From Hymenobacteraceae bacterium (lineage in GTDB: Bacteria > Bacteroidota > Bacteroidia > Cytophagales > Hymenobacteraceae): a stretch of 64,000 nt of DNA. Under the pieces are notes generated by a model. That model saw nothing but the letters and a program-made list of their open reading frames with translations, had not been told where the DNA came from and ran no database searches. Shown here in pieces: positions 16,150 through 24,896 of this stretch (its first letter is position 1; each line of letters begins with the position of its first letter). The stretch lies in NCBI GenBank assembly GCA_031397815.1, contig JANNMJ010000168.1:4273-68272 (forward strand). Reading direction: 5' to 3'. A program made the translations under genes and the position numbers.

Positions 16150-19100
16150 CTAGTTGAAAATGTAGCGCAGACCAAGCTGCATCTGCCAGCGCGAGGCGAT
16201 ACCGCCCACATCATCGCGGAAGGTTTTGCTGAGCGTCTGGCCGGGCGTGGTGATTTGGCCGGGCGTAGTGGTGGTGGCGCGCGAAACCACCGGGTTCACG
16301 AGGTACGGGAACGTGAAGACGGGCTTGCCGTCGGTGTTGTAGCTCTGGAAGCTGAGCAGGTTGTTGCGGTTGGCCGTCTGGATGACGCCCCAATCCTTGT
16401 TCAGCAGGTTCCCGACGTTGAAGAGGTCGAGCGAGAACTGGAGCGTGTTGCGGTTCTCCTGACCGAGGTTCGTGAAGACGTCCTGCAAGAGGCGGAAGTC
16501 GATGCGGTGCTGCCACGGGCGGGAAGCGCCGTTACGCTCAGCGACCTTACCGCGCCGACCGTTGAGGTAATCATCCTGCTGAATGTAGGCGTTGAGGTCG
16601 CGCCACTGATCATCCGAAGAATACACCCCGACGACGTTGTTGAGGTTGTCGCGGAACGTGATGTTTTGCAGCTCGATCTCGCCGCGGTTGCGCGGGATGT
16701 AAATCAGATCGTTGTTGCCACCGGCGCCGTCGCCGTTCATATCGCCCTGATAGACGTAAGAAAAGCGGCTGCTGCCGAAGCCGTCGACGGCAGCGGCGCC
16801 CACGTAGAACACCGAAACCGTGGTGGCGGCGTGCTTGAGGTACTCGCGCCGGTACGAGCCGGAAGCGATGACACGGTGCTTTTGCAGGAAGTTGGAGTAC
16901 GACGTCACATTCTCGTTCGGATCGCCGGACACGGCGCGGTCGCGCCAGATGGATTGGGCAATCGAGCCACCGTCGTTCACCGAGCGGGCGTCGGTGTAGG
17001 TGTAGGAAGCGTCGAGGTAGAGGCCGTTGGCGAACGAGCGGCGTAGCTGGGCAGTAGCCGAGTAAGAGTACCCTTTGTTGGTGTTGCGCATCACGATGGC
17101 ATCGGTGATGTTCGGCCGGGCGGCCGTGTTGCGCTGCGCGCCGGAAGCGAGGTTGGTGGCTGGGTCGAGGTTCACCAGCTCATTGCCGAATTGGTCGACA
17201 ATCGGCCCGTTGATGCGGTTGTTCAGCACCACCCCCGGCGAGTAGGCCGTGGTGATGGTACCGGCGGCGTCGCGCACGGCCGCCGTACCGTTGCGCGGGT
17301 TGCGGATGTTGCCGGTGGCGTCGGTGAAGTAGTAGATCGGCCGGTTGTCGGCGCCGCGCGCGGTGGTGATGGCGTTCGGCAGGTTCACGTTCTGGTGATA
17401 GACGGCGTTCAGGTCCTTCGTGTAGATGCCTTCGAGGGTGGCGATGATGCCGCCGGGAAGCTGCACGTCGGTGGCGAGGTTGGTGCGCCACACTTGCGGG
17501 AACTTGAAGTCCTTATCCGTTACGGCGAGATTGTAAGCCGTGTTGGCGGTGCGGTTTTGCGGGATGTTGGCCGACACGTTCGGGTTGAACGCCGTCGTGC
17601 TGTTCGAAAGCGACCCAAACTGGATGCCGTTGTTCGAGGCTTGGTTCGAGATCCACACGAACGGCACGCGGCCCGTGAACACGCCCGTCCCGCCGCGCAC
17701 TTGGTAGCGCTGGTTGTCGAGGACATCCCAATTGAAACCGATACGCGGCGAAAACAGCAGGCTCGTGGACTGAAACTGGTCGGTTTCAATCTTATAGCCG
17801 TCGCGGAACGTCAGGCCGGCGGCCACCTCGTTGCGGTCGATCTCCGTCGGAATATTCGGCACATCGGCGCGAAGGCCGAGCGTGACTTTCAGGTTCGGGC
17901 GTACCGTAAACTCGTCCTGCGCGAAGAGGCCGAATTGCTGCGCCGTGATTTTCGCGAAGGGGAACGAGCCGTCGGGGAGCGCCGAGAATTGCAGGCGGTA
18001 AAGCGCCGCCGCTGGCGCCGCCGTGCCCGCCGGAGCCGCCACGAGGGCGCCGTTCGCGTCGCGCACGTAGCCCGCCGAGGCGTAAAACGCATCCGGCGAG
18101 TTGAACTGGTAGTTGCCGTAGAAGTTCGGCGCGAAACCGTTCTTGAACTTGTAGAACTCGTTGTACGTGCCGAGCGTCACGACGTGCTTCCCGAGGAAGA
18201 GCGTGTAGTTATCGCCGACTTGAAAGACGTCGGTGTTGAGGATGTTGTTCGCCGAGAACGCTTCGTAACCGAACGACGTGAGCGTCGGGCTGCTGCTCGA
18301 CGACGTGCCGTTGCCGATATCGACGAGCGGGAAGATGCCACCGGAGCTTTCGCGGAAATCGCGGAAACCCGTGTAACCCACCGTGAGGTTGTTCGACGAT
18401 TTCGTGCCAAACGTCGAGTTCAGCTCCGCGATGACCGAGTTCAGGTTGTTGTTGATGCGGTAGTACGCCGACTCGAACGGCAGGCCCGTATTGCTCTGCG
18501 AGCGGCCGTTGCCGAGGGCACCGGAGTTCGACGGCGACACGTCGCGGTACGATTTCAGGTAGTTGTACTTCACGCTCAGGCGGTGCTGGTCGGTGATGTT
18601 CCAGTCGAGCTTGGCGGTGGCTTTATCCGAGTTCTGCTTCAGCTGGTAGCCTTCGTAAGCGCCCGCGTTGTAGCCGTAGCGGGTTTGCAGGAAGGATTGC
18701 AGCTCGTCAAGCTGCCCAGCGCTCGCGCTCGATACGTCGGCGCCAGCCGTCAGGCCCGGCCGCAGCGCGCGGAAGTTGCCGGTAGGTGGGTCGTTGCGGC
18801 GTTCCTGCTCAGCGTTCAAGAAGAAGAAGAGCTTGTCTTTGATGATCGGCCCGCCGACGCGGAAGCCGTAGTTCTTCAGGTCGAACTTGGGGTATGCCAG
18901 CTCCACATCGCCCACGTTTTTCCCGACGAAGCTCTGGTCGCGGTAGAAACCGTAGACCGACCCGGAAAACTTGTTCGACCCCGACCGCGTCACCGCGTTG
19001 ATGCCGGCGCCCGTGAACGAGCCTTGCCGCACATCATAAGGCGCAATCGCGACCTGAATCTGGTCCACCGCGTCGAGCGAGATCGGCTGGGCGTTCGCCT

Positions 19101-19704
19101 GTCCGCCGACCGTGCTGCTCAGGCCGAAGGAGTTGTTGAAAATGGCCCCATCGATGGTGAAGTTGTTGTAACCGCCGTTCCGTCCGCCGAAGCTCTGGCC
19201 GTTCGCCTGTGGCGTGAGGCGGGTGAAATCGTCGAAGCTGCGGTTCAGCGTCGGCAGACGCTCAATCTGCTCGCGGCTCACTTGGGTGGCGGCGCCGGTG
19301 CGGTCGGAGTTGATGACGGCATCGCGGCGGCCTTCCACCACGGCGGTGCCCAGCTCGGTGGTCTGCTCGGTCATCTTCGCATCGAGCCGCAGGTTCTGCC
19401 CAAGGGCGAGAAAAATGTCCGTCTTCGCCTGATCGGCTGACCCTACGGCGGTGAATCTCACCGTGTACGGCCCACCGACGCGCATATTCTGAAAGTTGTA
19501 CCGACCCTGATCGTTGGTCGGCATCGCGTAAATGGAGTTCGTCGGGGTGTGCGTCGCCACCACCGTTGCGCCGGGAATCGGCTGTCCGGCGGCATCCGTC
19601 ACGAGGCCGTTGAGGGCTGCCGTGGTCGTGCCCTGCGCCACCGCCTCACTGCACAGCAGCAAGGCCATAAGCCACAGGAGAAGGGTAGAGAATCCGTGCT
19701 TCAT
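16150..19704 (-). CDS. TonB-dependent receptor, Oar-like, with N-terminal carboxypeptidase-regulatory-like domain
   Basis: ORF 16150..19752, with ATG at 19704 giving the signal peptide MKHGFSTLLLWLMALLLCSEAVAQG. It has a CarboxypepD_reg-like LNGLVTDAAGQPIPGATVV..NDQGRYNFQNM, a plug region and a C-terminal barrel ending in LGLRYIFN. No SusD partner is present. Confidence 0.85.
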   Translation of the reverse strand: MKHGFSTLLLWLMALLLCSEAVAQGTTTAALNGLVTDAAGQPIPGATVVATHTPTNSIYAMPTNDQGRYNFQNMRVGGPYTVRFTAVGSADQAKTDIFLALGQNLRLDAKMTEQTTELGTAVVEGRRDAVINSDRTGAATQVSREQIERLPTLNRSFDDFTRLTPQANGQSFGGRNGGYNNFTIDGAIFNNSFGLSSTVGGQANAQPISLDAVDQIQVAIAPYDVRQGSFTGAGINAVTRSGSNKFSGSVYGFYRDQSFVGKNVGDVELAYPKFDLKNYGFRVGGPIIKDKLFFFLNAEQERRNDPPTGNFRALRPGLTAGADVSSASAGQLDELQSFLQTRYGYNAGAYEGYQLKQNSDKATAKLDWNITDQHRLSVKYNYLKSYRDVSPSNSGALGNGRSQSNTGLPFESAYYRINNNLNSVIAELNSTFGTKSSNNLTVGYTGFRDFRESSGGIFPLVDIGNGTSSSSSPTLTSFGYEAFSANNILNTDVFQVGDNYTLFLGKHVVTLGTYNEFYKFKNGFAPNFYGNYQFNSPDAFYASAGYVRDANGALVAAPAGTAAPAAALYRLQFSALPDGSFPFAKITAQQFGLFAQDEFTVRPNLKVTLGLRADVPNIPTEIDRNEVAAGLTFRDGYKIETDQFQSTSLLFSPRIGFNWDVLDNQRYQVRGGTGVFTGRVPFVWISNQASNNGIQFGSLSNSTTAFNPNVSANIPQNRTANTAYNLAVTDKDFKFPQVWRTNLATDVQLPGGIIATLEGIYTKDLNAVYHQNVNLPNAITTARGADNRPIYYFTDATGNIRNPRNGTAAVRDAAGTITTAYSPGVVLNNRINGPIVDQFGNELVNLDPATNLASGAQRNTAARPNITDAIVMRNTNKGYSYSATAQLRRSFANGLYLDASYTYTDARSVNDGGSIAQSIWRDRAVSGDPNENVTSYSNFLQKHRVIASGSYRREYLKHAATTVSVFYVGAAAVDGFGSSRFSYVYQGDMNGDGAGGNNDLIYIPRNRGEIELQNITFRDNLNNVVGVYSSDDQWRDLNAYIQQDDYLNGRRGKVAERNGASRPWQHRIDFRLLQDVFTNLGQENRNTLQFSLDLFNVGNLLNKDWGVIQTANRNNLLSFQSYNTDGKPVFTFPYLVNPVVSRATTTTPGQITTPGQTLSKTFRDDVGGIASRWQMQLGLRYIFN

Positions 19705-19781
19705 CAGAAGAATAGTGAGTGGGCAAGTGACCCCAACGGGGCTTTTCGCCACAAACCTCCGGCTGAAGCAGGAGTAGGTTA

Positions 19782-19819
19782 TGTTACCAAATCGTTAAGA
19801 TGTTGCCAAATTGTTAAGT
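19782..19819. repeat. 2 x 19-bp tandem direct repeat upstream of the TonB-dependent receptor gene
   Basis: tgttaccaaatcgttaaga / tgttgccaaattgttaagt, 16 of 19 identical, 78-115 nt upstream of the receptor start. Confidence 0.7.
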
Positions 19820-19979
19820 TGATGGGCTTTAGGTGGGGTGGTTTTGTGAGAATGGCAAGAAGTAGGAGCGTGTGCCCGGGGTAGCCGTCGCTGCGCGCCG
19901 CCTAGCCCGGGGTTGATTTCGCAGAAATCTACCCCGGGCTAGGCGCGGGGCTATACGGCCCTCTCCCCAATAAAAAAAC

Positions 19980-20852
19980 CTACTCCGGCTTCAACACCTG
20001 CTCCAGAATCGCCCCGCCGACACTCGCGGGCGTCGGAATCTGGACGGGCAGCGTGATGGGCGGCACCACGGGCGCGGGCGTAACGGGCGCCACCAACGGA
20101 GTCGCCAACGTGCCGCGTGAGACGAGGCGCGGCCGAATGGCCTTCACGTAGGCGCGCTGCCAGTACGCCACTTTCAGGTTGTCTTCCTTCACGCCCAGTG
20201 ACGACGACGCGTGAATGAACAGTACATCGGCAAGCGCGGGGTTCGGCGATTCCGTCACCATCCCGACGTGCGAGATGCGCCGGGAGCCGCCGCCGTCGGT
20301 GGCGAAGAAGAGGAGGTCGCCGGGACGGATATCGCGCTGCACGAGGTCGGTGCCGAACGTGCTTTGCTCGCCGGAGGTGCGCGGGATTTCTAGGCCGACT
20401 TGCTGAAACGTGGTGCTCAGGAGGCCCGAGCAATCCATCCCCATTCGGGTGGTGCCGCCGGAGCGGTAAGGCGTGCCCGTGTACGTGCGGGCCGTGCGGA
20501 TGAGGTCTTTGGCGGCTTGCGTGGCATCGCCGGCGTACACGCTTGGTGCGCCGTTGCGGGTTTTGCCGGGGCGCCCGCCGTTGCGCTTGGCGGTGGCTTT
20601 GGCGCGAGCGATGCGGGCTTTGGTCACGCCCTTGGCGATGCGCCGCTCCTCGCGTTTTTTCTGCGCAATCTCACGGGCGGAATAATACTTTCCGTCCGAC
20701 CATTGGTTGAGCTTGTGCGCGCAGCCGCTCAGCAGCACCGACGCGCCGAAGAGCACCCAAACGACCAGCCGAGCGGCCGCCGAGCGCCGAGGGGCCCCCG
20801 CAAAGGCCCGCCGTACTTTTGCCGAAGTGGAATGCACCATCGTGTAAGCCAA
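19980..20852 (-). CDS. C40 family peptidase (NlpC/P60)
   Basis: GTPYRSGGTTRMGMDCSGLLSTTF (catalytic Cys) ..ISHVGMV (His), plus an N-terminal membrane/signal segment. Confidence 0.85.
   Translation of the reverse strand: MAYTMVHSTSAKVRRAFAGAPRRSAAARLVVWVLFGASVLLSGCAHKLNQWSDGKYYSAREIAQKKREERRIAKGVTKARIARAKATAKRNGGRPGKTRNGAPSVYAGDATQAAKDLIRTARTYTGTPYRSGGTTRMGMDCSGLLSTTFQQVGLEIPRTSGEQSTFGTDLVQRDIRPGDLLFFATDGGGSRRISHVGMVTESPNPALADVLFIHASSSLGVKEDNLKVAYWQRAYVKAIRPRLVSRGTLATPLVAPVTPAPVVPPITLPVQIPTPASVGGAILEQVLKPE
20814..20821 (+). promoter_or_regulatory. -7 box TACTTTTG for the FAD-linked oxidase gene
   Basis: Matches TAnnTTTG. Its position argues that the oxidase starts downstream, at GTG 20891, rather than at 20819. 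Confidence 0.4.
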
Positions 20853-20890
20853 GGGTTTTGTTTCCGAAGATACGCTATTTCGAACCGCCT

Positions 20891-22330
20891 GTGAGCCTTC
20901 TTAATGCCCCTGCCGTTGCCCCAGTAACCCTTTCGGCCGACGTTTTGGCGCGTCTGGCCGCCATCGTCGGGCCGGAACACCTGCTGATTTCCGACGATTC
21001 AGGCGCCGACAACACCGCGTACGAAGACTACGGCCGCGACCATACCGAGGACTTTCTCTTCGTGCCCGCCGCCGTCGTGCGGCCCGGCACGCCGGAGGAA
21101 GTCGCCGCCATCCTGCGCCTCTGCCACGACGAGCGCCTCCCCGTCACGCCGCGCGGCGCGGGCACCGGCCTGAGCGGCGGCGCCCTGCCGCAGCACCGCG
21201 GGTTGGTGCTCAGCACGGAACGGTTCAACCGCATCCTCCACATCGACGAGCAAAACCTGCAAGCCACCGTCGAGCCGGGCGTCATCAATCAGGCGTTTCA
21301 GGAGGCCGTGAAGGCCGTGGGGCTGTTTTATCCGCCCGACCCGGCTTCCAAAGGCTCGTGCTTTCTCGGCGGAAACCTGAGCCAGAGCAGCGGCGGTCCG
21401 AAGGCCGTGAAATACGGCACCACCCGCGATTACGTGCTGAACATTCAGGCCGTGCTCGTGACGGGTGAAATCATCTGGACCGGCGCCAACACCCTCAAAA
21501 ACGCCACCGGCTACAACCTCACGCAGCTCCTGATTGGGTCGGAGGGCACGTTGGCGGTCATCACCAAAATCGTCTTCCGCTTACTGCCGCACCCCACCCA
21601 CGACCTCACGCTCCTCGTCCCGTTCCGCTCCGCCGAAGATGCGTGTGCCGCCGTGCCGCGCTTGTTTATGGCCGGCATCACGCCCTCCGGGCTGGAGTTT
21701 ATGGAGCGCAACGCCATCGAGTGGAGCGCCCGCTACCTCAACCTGCCGCTCACGGTACCGGCGGATATCGTCGCGCACCTGCTCATCGAGCTCGACGGCA
21801 ACGACCCCGACCAGCTCCAGCGCGACGCCGAGCGCGTGTACGAGGTAGTGAGTCAATTTGACACCGGCGAGATCGAGATTGCCGACACCGCCGGGGAGAA
21901 AGACCGCCTCTGGCGCATCCGCCGCAACGTCGGGAATGCCGTCCGCTACCACTCCGTGTATAAGGAAGAAGACACCGTGGTGCCGCGCGCCGCCCTGCCG
22001 CAATTGCTGCGCGGAGTGAAGGAAATCGGCGCCCGCTACGGTTTTCAAAGCGTCTGCTACGGCCACGCCGGCGACGGCAACCTCCACATCAACATCATCC
22101 GCGGCGAGCTACCCGATGATTTCTGGCGCGAAGGCATCCGCCAACCCATCGCCGAGATTTTCGAGCTGTGCGTCGCCCTCGGCGGCACCATCAGCGGCGA
22201 GCACGGCATCGGGCTGGTGCAGCGCCCGTACATCGGCATCGCCATCCCCGAAAAATCCCTCGACCTGATGCGCGGCATCAAAGCCGTCTTCGACCCGCAC
22301 GGCGTGCTCAATCCGGGGAAGATTTTTTAG
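20891..22330 (+). CDS. FAD-binding oxidoreductase (GlcD / D-lactate dehydrogenase family)
   Basis: ORF 20819..22330 with FAD_binding_4-type PRGAGTGLSGGALP and a C-terminal GTISGEHGIG..VFDPHGVLNPGK. In-frame GTG at 20891 avoids the overlap with the converging-promoter region. The start is uncertain. Confidence 0.85.
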   Translation: MSLLNAPAVAPVTLSADVLARLAAIVGPEHLLISDDSGADNTAYEDYGRDHTEDFLFVPAAVVRPGTPEEVAAILRLCHDERLPVTPRGAGTGLSGGALPQHRGLVLSTERFNRILHIDEQNLQATVEPGVINQAFQEAVKAVGLFYPPDPASKGSCFLGGNLSQSSGGPKAVKYGTTRDYVLNIQAVLVTGEIIWTGANTLKNATGYNLTQLLIGSEGTLAVITKIVFRLLPHPTHDLTLLVPFRSAEDACAAVPRLFMAGITPSGLEFMERNAIEWSARYLNLPLTVPADIVAHLLIELDGNDPDQLQRDAERVYEVVSQFDTGEIEIADTAGEKDRLWRIRRNVGNAVRYHSVYKEEDTVVPRAALPQLLRGVKEIGARYGFQSVCYGHAGDGNLHINIIRGELPDDFWREGIRQPIAEIFELCVALGGTISGEHGIGLVQRPYIGIAIPEKSLDLMRGIKAVFDPHGVLNPGKIF

Positions 22331-22358
22331 GGAGAGACCCGACTTTCAATCCGAACTG

Positions 22359-22383
22359 GTAGGGGCGGGCCTTGCGCCCGCCC
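22359..22383. repeat. REP-B hairpin
   Basis: gtaggggcgggccttgcgcccgccc, between convergent genes. Confidence 0.8.
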
Positions 22384-22410
22384 GCGCTGCCCAACTGGCT
22401 GCTGCCTTCG

Positions 22411-23259
22411 TTACAACCGGCTGAAAAGCTGGGGGCGGTAAATGACGCCGAGCGTCAGGATTGACATGTTGTTAGAGTAGAGCAGCGTGGGGTGCCAGTC
22501 CTTTTTTTGAGCGTACAGAGCTGCACTCCACATCATCTCAACGGCGCCTTGCCAAGCTCCGCGCCCTAATCGGGCCGACCAACCGGTTTCAAAGTACCAC
22601 GCGGCGTCGCTGATGGGGATGGATTCGGTTCTCCAAGATATTCCGTCCCGCGAGCGGTCTTCGGTGATATCGTCGAAATCAACGCGGGTGACCCGACCAA
22701 AAGCGCAGGTCGTGGTCCAATCATTTGGCTTCCACGCAATGTGCCCTTGCACATAGCTGCGCTGATAGCGCACCCGCTTGCGCTGATAGTCGGCTATCTG
22801 CCCGCCGTAAATACTGATGACGGAGCTGTAATTTTCGAGAGTGCCTTCATCAAAGCGCCCACGGCCCATCCCGATAGTCCCGGCTACGTATCCCCGGTTT
22901 TGCGTCCCGAAGGGCCGGTAATAGCCCAGTCCGATATCAGCTTGACGCTCGCGATAATAATTGGGCACATTTGCCTTGAGAGGTCCGATGAAATTTCCGC
23001 CTGCGGCAACCACTCCAAACAGGTGGTTAACCGGCGAAAAAGCCACGTAGCCTTCAGTGGCCGGTACCCACGGGCCTGATTTCGGCTTCATCGTGGCGGT
23101 ACTAACCGACATCAGCGGCGCGACCGCCACCTTCACCTCTAGCTGTCCGGCGGTCAATACCGGTGTGGGCACTGCGTGCGGGATGTAAACGCCGCAGCCG
23201 GGCAGCGCCAATAAGCCCGCCCCAAGGCACAGCAGTAGCGAGAAAAAGCGTGATTTCAT
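22411..23259 (-). CDS. hypothetical lipoprotein (paralog of 24815..25672)
   Basis: ORF 22411..23325, with ATG at 23259 giving MKSRFFSLLLCLGAGLLALPGC (lipobox). It aligns by eye with the 24815 ORF (GCGVYIPHAVPTPVL / SCGVYVPHVPPTPIL, YVAFSPVNHLF / YVAYSPINHLF, RERQADIGLGYY / RERQGDIGVGAY). Confidence 0.7.
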   Translation of the reverse strand: MKSRFFSLLLCLGAGLLALPGCGVYIPHAVPTPVLTAGQLEVKVAVAPLMSVSTATMKPKSGPWVPATEGYVAFSPVNHLFGVVAAGGNFIGPLKANVPNYYRERQADIGLGYYRPFGTQNRGYVAGTIGMGRGRFDEGTLENYSSVISIYGGQIADYQRKRVRYQRSYVQGHIAWKPNDWTTTCAFGRVTRVDFDDITEDRSRDGISWRTESIPISDAAWYFETGWSARLGRGAWQGAVEMMWSAALYAQKKDWHPTLLYSNNMSILTLGVIYRPQLFSRL

Positions 23260-23393
23260 TTTGACGAAGAAGAAAAGGGAGAAGCCAGATTGCGCGGTGG
23301 CTAATTTAAGCGAAGCAGACCGCACGGTTCCAGCGGCTCCTTATTTCAGTAATAATTTAGGGAGATAATCGGCGCTGCCGGTTCTTTGCCCCT

Positions 23394-23993
23394 ATGCACC
23401 GCCTCCGCGCTTGGTTCGAGAAATTCGCCCCGCTGCCTGATGCCGCTTGGGCGGCTTTAGTCCCTCACATCCGCACGGGCAAGCTGGCGCGGCAGGAAGC
23501 CTTCGTGCAGCCGGGCACGAGCACAGCTCAGTTGGAAATCGGGTTTCTGCTGAGCGGCGCGTGTCGGCAGTTTTACCTGCTGCCCGACGGCACCGAGCGC
23601 ACCACGTACTTCTATTTCACCCACGACGCCCTCGCCGATTACCGCGCCTGCATCCTCGGTCAGCCCGCCGCCCTCACCATCGAGGCGCTGACGCCGTGTG
23701 AGCTGCTCGCCTTCCCTTATACCGTCCTGCTGCGGCTTTATGACGAGTTTCCCGCGTGGGAGCGCGTCGGGCGGCGCATCGGCGAGTACACTCTCGCGGG
23801 GCTGGAAGCGCGGTTGGTCGAGACGCTCACGCTGTCGCCGGAAGCGCGGTACCGGCTGCTAGTGGCCACCCCCGCGAAACACAAGCTGCTCGAACAGGTG
23901 CCACAGCACTTGCTGGCGGCGTATCTGGGAATCACGCCGGTGTCGTTGAGCCGGATTCGGGCGCGGGTCGCTGGGGTGGGGAGTACACAATAG
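23394..23993 (+). CDS. Crp/Fnr family transcriptional regulator
   Basis: 199 aa with an N-terminal cNMP-binding-like beta-roll and a C-terminal HTH (LLAAYLGITPVSLSRIR). Confidence 0.8.
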   Translation: MHRLRAWFEKFAPLPDAAWAALVPHIRTGKLARQEAFVQPGTSTAQLEIGFLLSGACRQFYLLPDGTERTTYFYFTHDALADYRACILGQPAALTIEALTPCELLAFPYTVLLRLYDEFPAWERVGRRIGEYTLAGLEARLVETLTLSPEARYRLLVATPAKHKLLEQVPQHLLAAYLGITPVSLSRIRARVAGVGSTQ

Positions 23994-24003
23994 GCAGTAC
24001 CTG

Positions 24004-24339
24004 CACACATTTTTCGGGTCGACCAAATCACTTTTCAACCCGTCGCAATCACTTTTCAACCTACCGCAATCACTTTTCAACCTACCGCAGTCACTTTTCA
24101 ACCTGCCGCAATCACTTTTCAGGTCGACTCAATCACTTTTCAACCTCCCGCAGTCACTTTTCAACCCGTCGCAATCACTTTTCAGGTCGACTCAATCACT
24201 TTTCAACCTCGCTCAATCACTTTTCAGGTCGACTCTATCACTTTTCAACCTCCCTCAATCGCTTTTCAGGTCGACTCAATCACTTTTCAACCTCCCTCAG
24301 TCACTTTTTAGGTCGACTCAATCACTTTTCAGCCGCTCC
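24004..24339. repeat. 16 x 21-bp tandem array, core ATCACTTTTCA, two alternating unit types
   Basis: Units start at 24004 plus multiples of 21 (hand-checked). Type A is caatcacttttcaacctaccg and type B is caatcacttttcaggtcgact (contains GTCGAC). The last six units alternate A-B, giving a 42-bp super-repeat. Confidence 0.95.
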
Positions 24340-24464
24340 TCATCTACTCACTGTTTTGACGGCTTTCTATTTCTTAACGATTGTTAACGAAAGCCGCTAG
24401 GGCCGGGGCGGAGCTTTGTATCGTCGGTTCAGGGTCTGATTTTCCTCTGAATCTGACGTTTCCG

Positions 24465-24896
24465 ATGAAAGAGACGCTCCGTTTGGAAGAAGCCGCTGAG
24501 GCGGCCTTTGCCCTGCTCGTATTCGCGCAGCTACCCTACGCGTGGTGGTGGCTGCCCGCCCTGTTCCTCCTCCCCGACCTGAGTATGCTCGGCTATCTGG
24601 CGGGGCCGCGCGTGGGGGCTTTCTGCTACAACGTGGCGCACCACAAAGCCGTGGCGCTGGCCGTATTGGCGACGGGTTGGTGGCTCGGCTCGAACCCGTG
24701 GCAGCTAGCCGGCGCGCTGCTCCTCTTCCACAGCGCCTTCGACCGTGTAATGGGCTATGGCCTGAAATACGCCACCGGTTTCCACGATACGCACCTCGGG
24801 ACGCTCCCGGCGCATCAGCGCGCTACCCGGCCGGGGCGCCACACGACGCCCACCGCCACTAGCGAGGTGTTGTACGGCAGCTCGGCCTTATCGTAA
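24465..24896 (+). CDS. DUF4260 family membrane protein
   Basis: ORF 24381..24896 with ATG at 24465. LLPDLSMLGYL..GAFCYNVAHHK..LFHSAFDRVMGYGLKY..GFHDTHLG is DUF4260-like. The ~30-aa C-terminal tail overlaps the convergent gene. Confidence 0.7.
   Translation: MKETLRLEEAAEAAFALLVFAQLPYAWWWLPALFLLPDLSMLGYLAGPRVGAFCYNVAHHKAVALAVLATGWWLGSNPWQLAGALLLFHSAFDRVMGYGLKYATGFHDTHLGTLPAHQRATRPGRHTTPTATSEVLYGSSALS

Noticed and set aside
17191-19440. 749-aa plus-strand ORF opposite the TonB-dependent receptor gene. Similar long antisense ORFs are at 10532..12277, 26044..27597, 51300..53333, 54717..56291, 6529..7809, 2775..3890, 13210..14187, 14629..15627, 58550..59437 and 59956..60780.
   Set aside because: They have Arg/Ala/Gly/Val-rich compositions with no motifs, typical of stop-poor antisense frames in GC-rich DNA. 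In every case the opposite strand encodes a protein with clear family signatures.
20819-20890. N-terminal 24-aa extension of the FAD-linked oxidase ORF overlapping the NlpC/P60 gene start
   Set aside because: The extension (MPKWNAPSCKPRVLFPKIRYFEPP) is unlike the family N-terminus and would start inside a TACTTTTG -7 box. In-frame GTG at 20891 is preferred.
24004-24339. Possible CRISPR array
   Set aside because: The period is only 21 bp: an 11-12-bp conserved core and a ~10-bp variable part drawn from two recurring types. There are no 25-40-bp unique spacers and no cas genes or leader in the window.
23756-24400. 214-aa ORF whose C-terminal part is a perfect heptad series (HFSTRRN HFSTYRN HFSGRLN ...)
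   Set aside because: It is the translation of the 21-bp tandem array. Because 21 is a multiple of 3, all frames stay open. It begins inside the Crp gene in another frame, has no signal or domain logic, and the reverse frame gives an equally repetitive ORF (23859..24101).
24815-24896. 82-bp 3'-3' overlap of the DUF4260 gene with lipoprotein paralog B, and the 32-bp overlap of the trmH-like and endonuclease III-like genes at 29372..29403
   Set aside because: Convergent overlaps of this size are common in GC-rich genomes, where stop codons are rare. The DUF4260 tail beyond ..THLG is probably a non-conserved read-on. No evidence points to a functional antisense arrangement.
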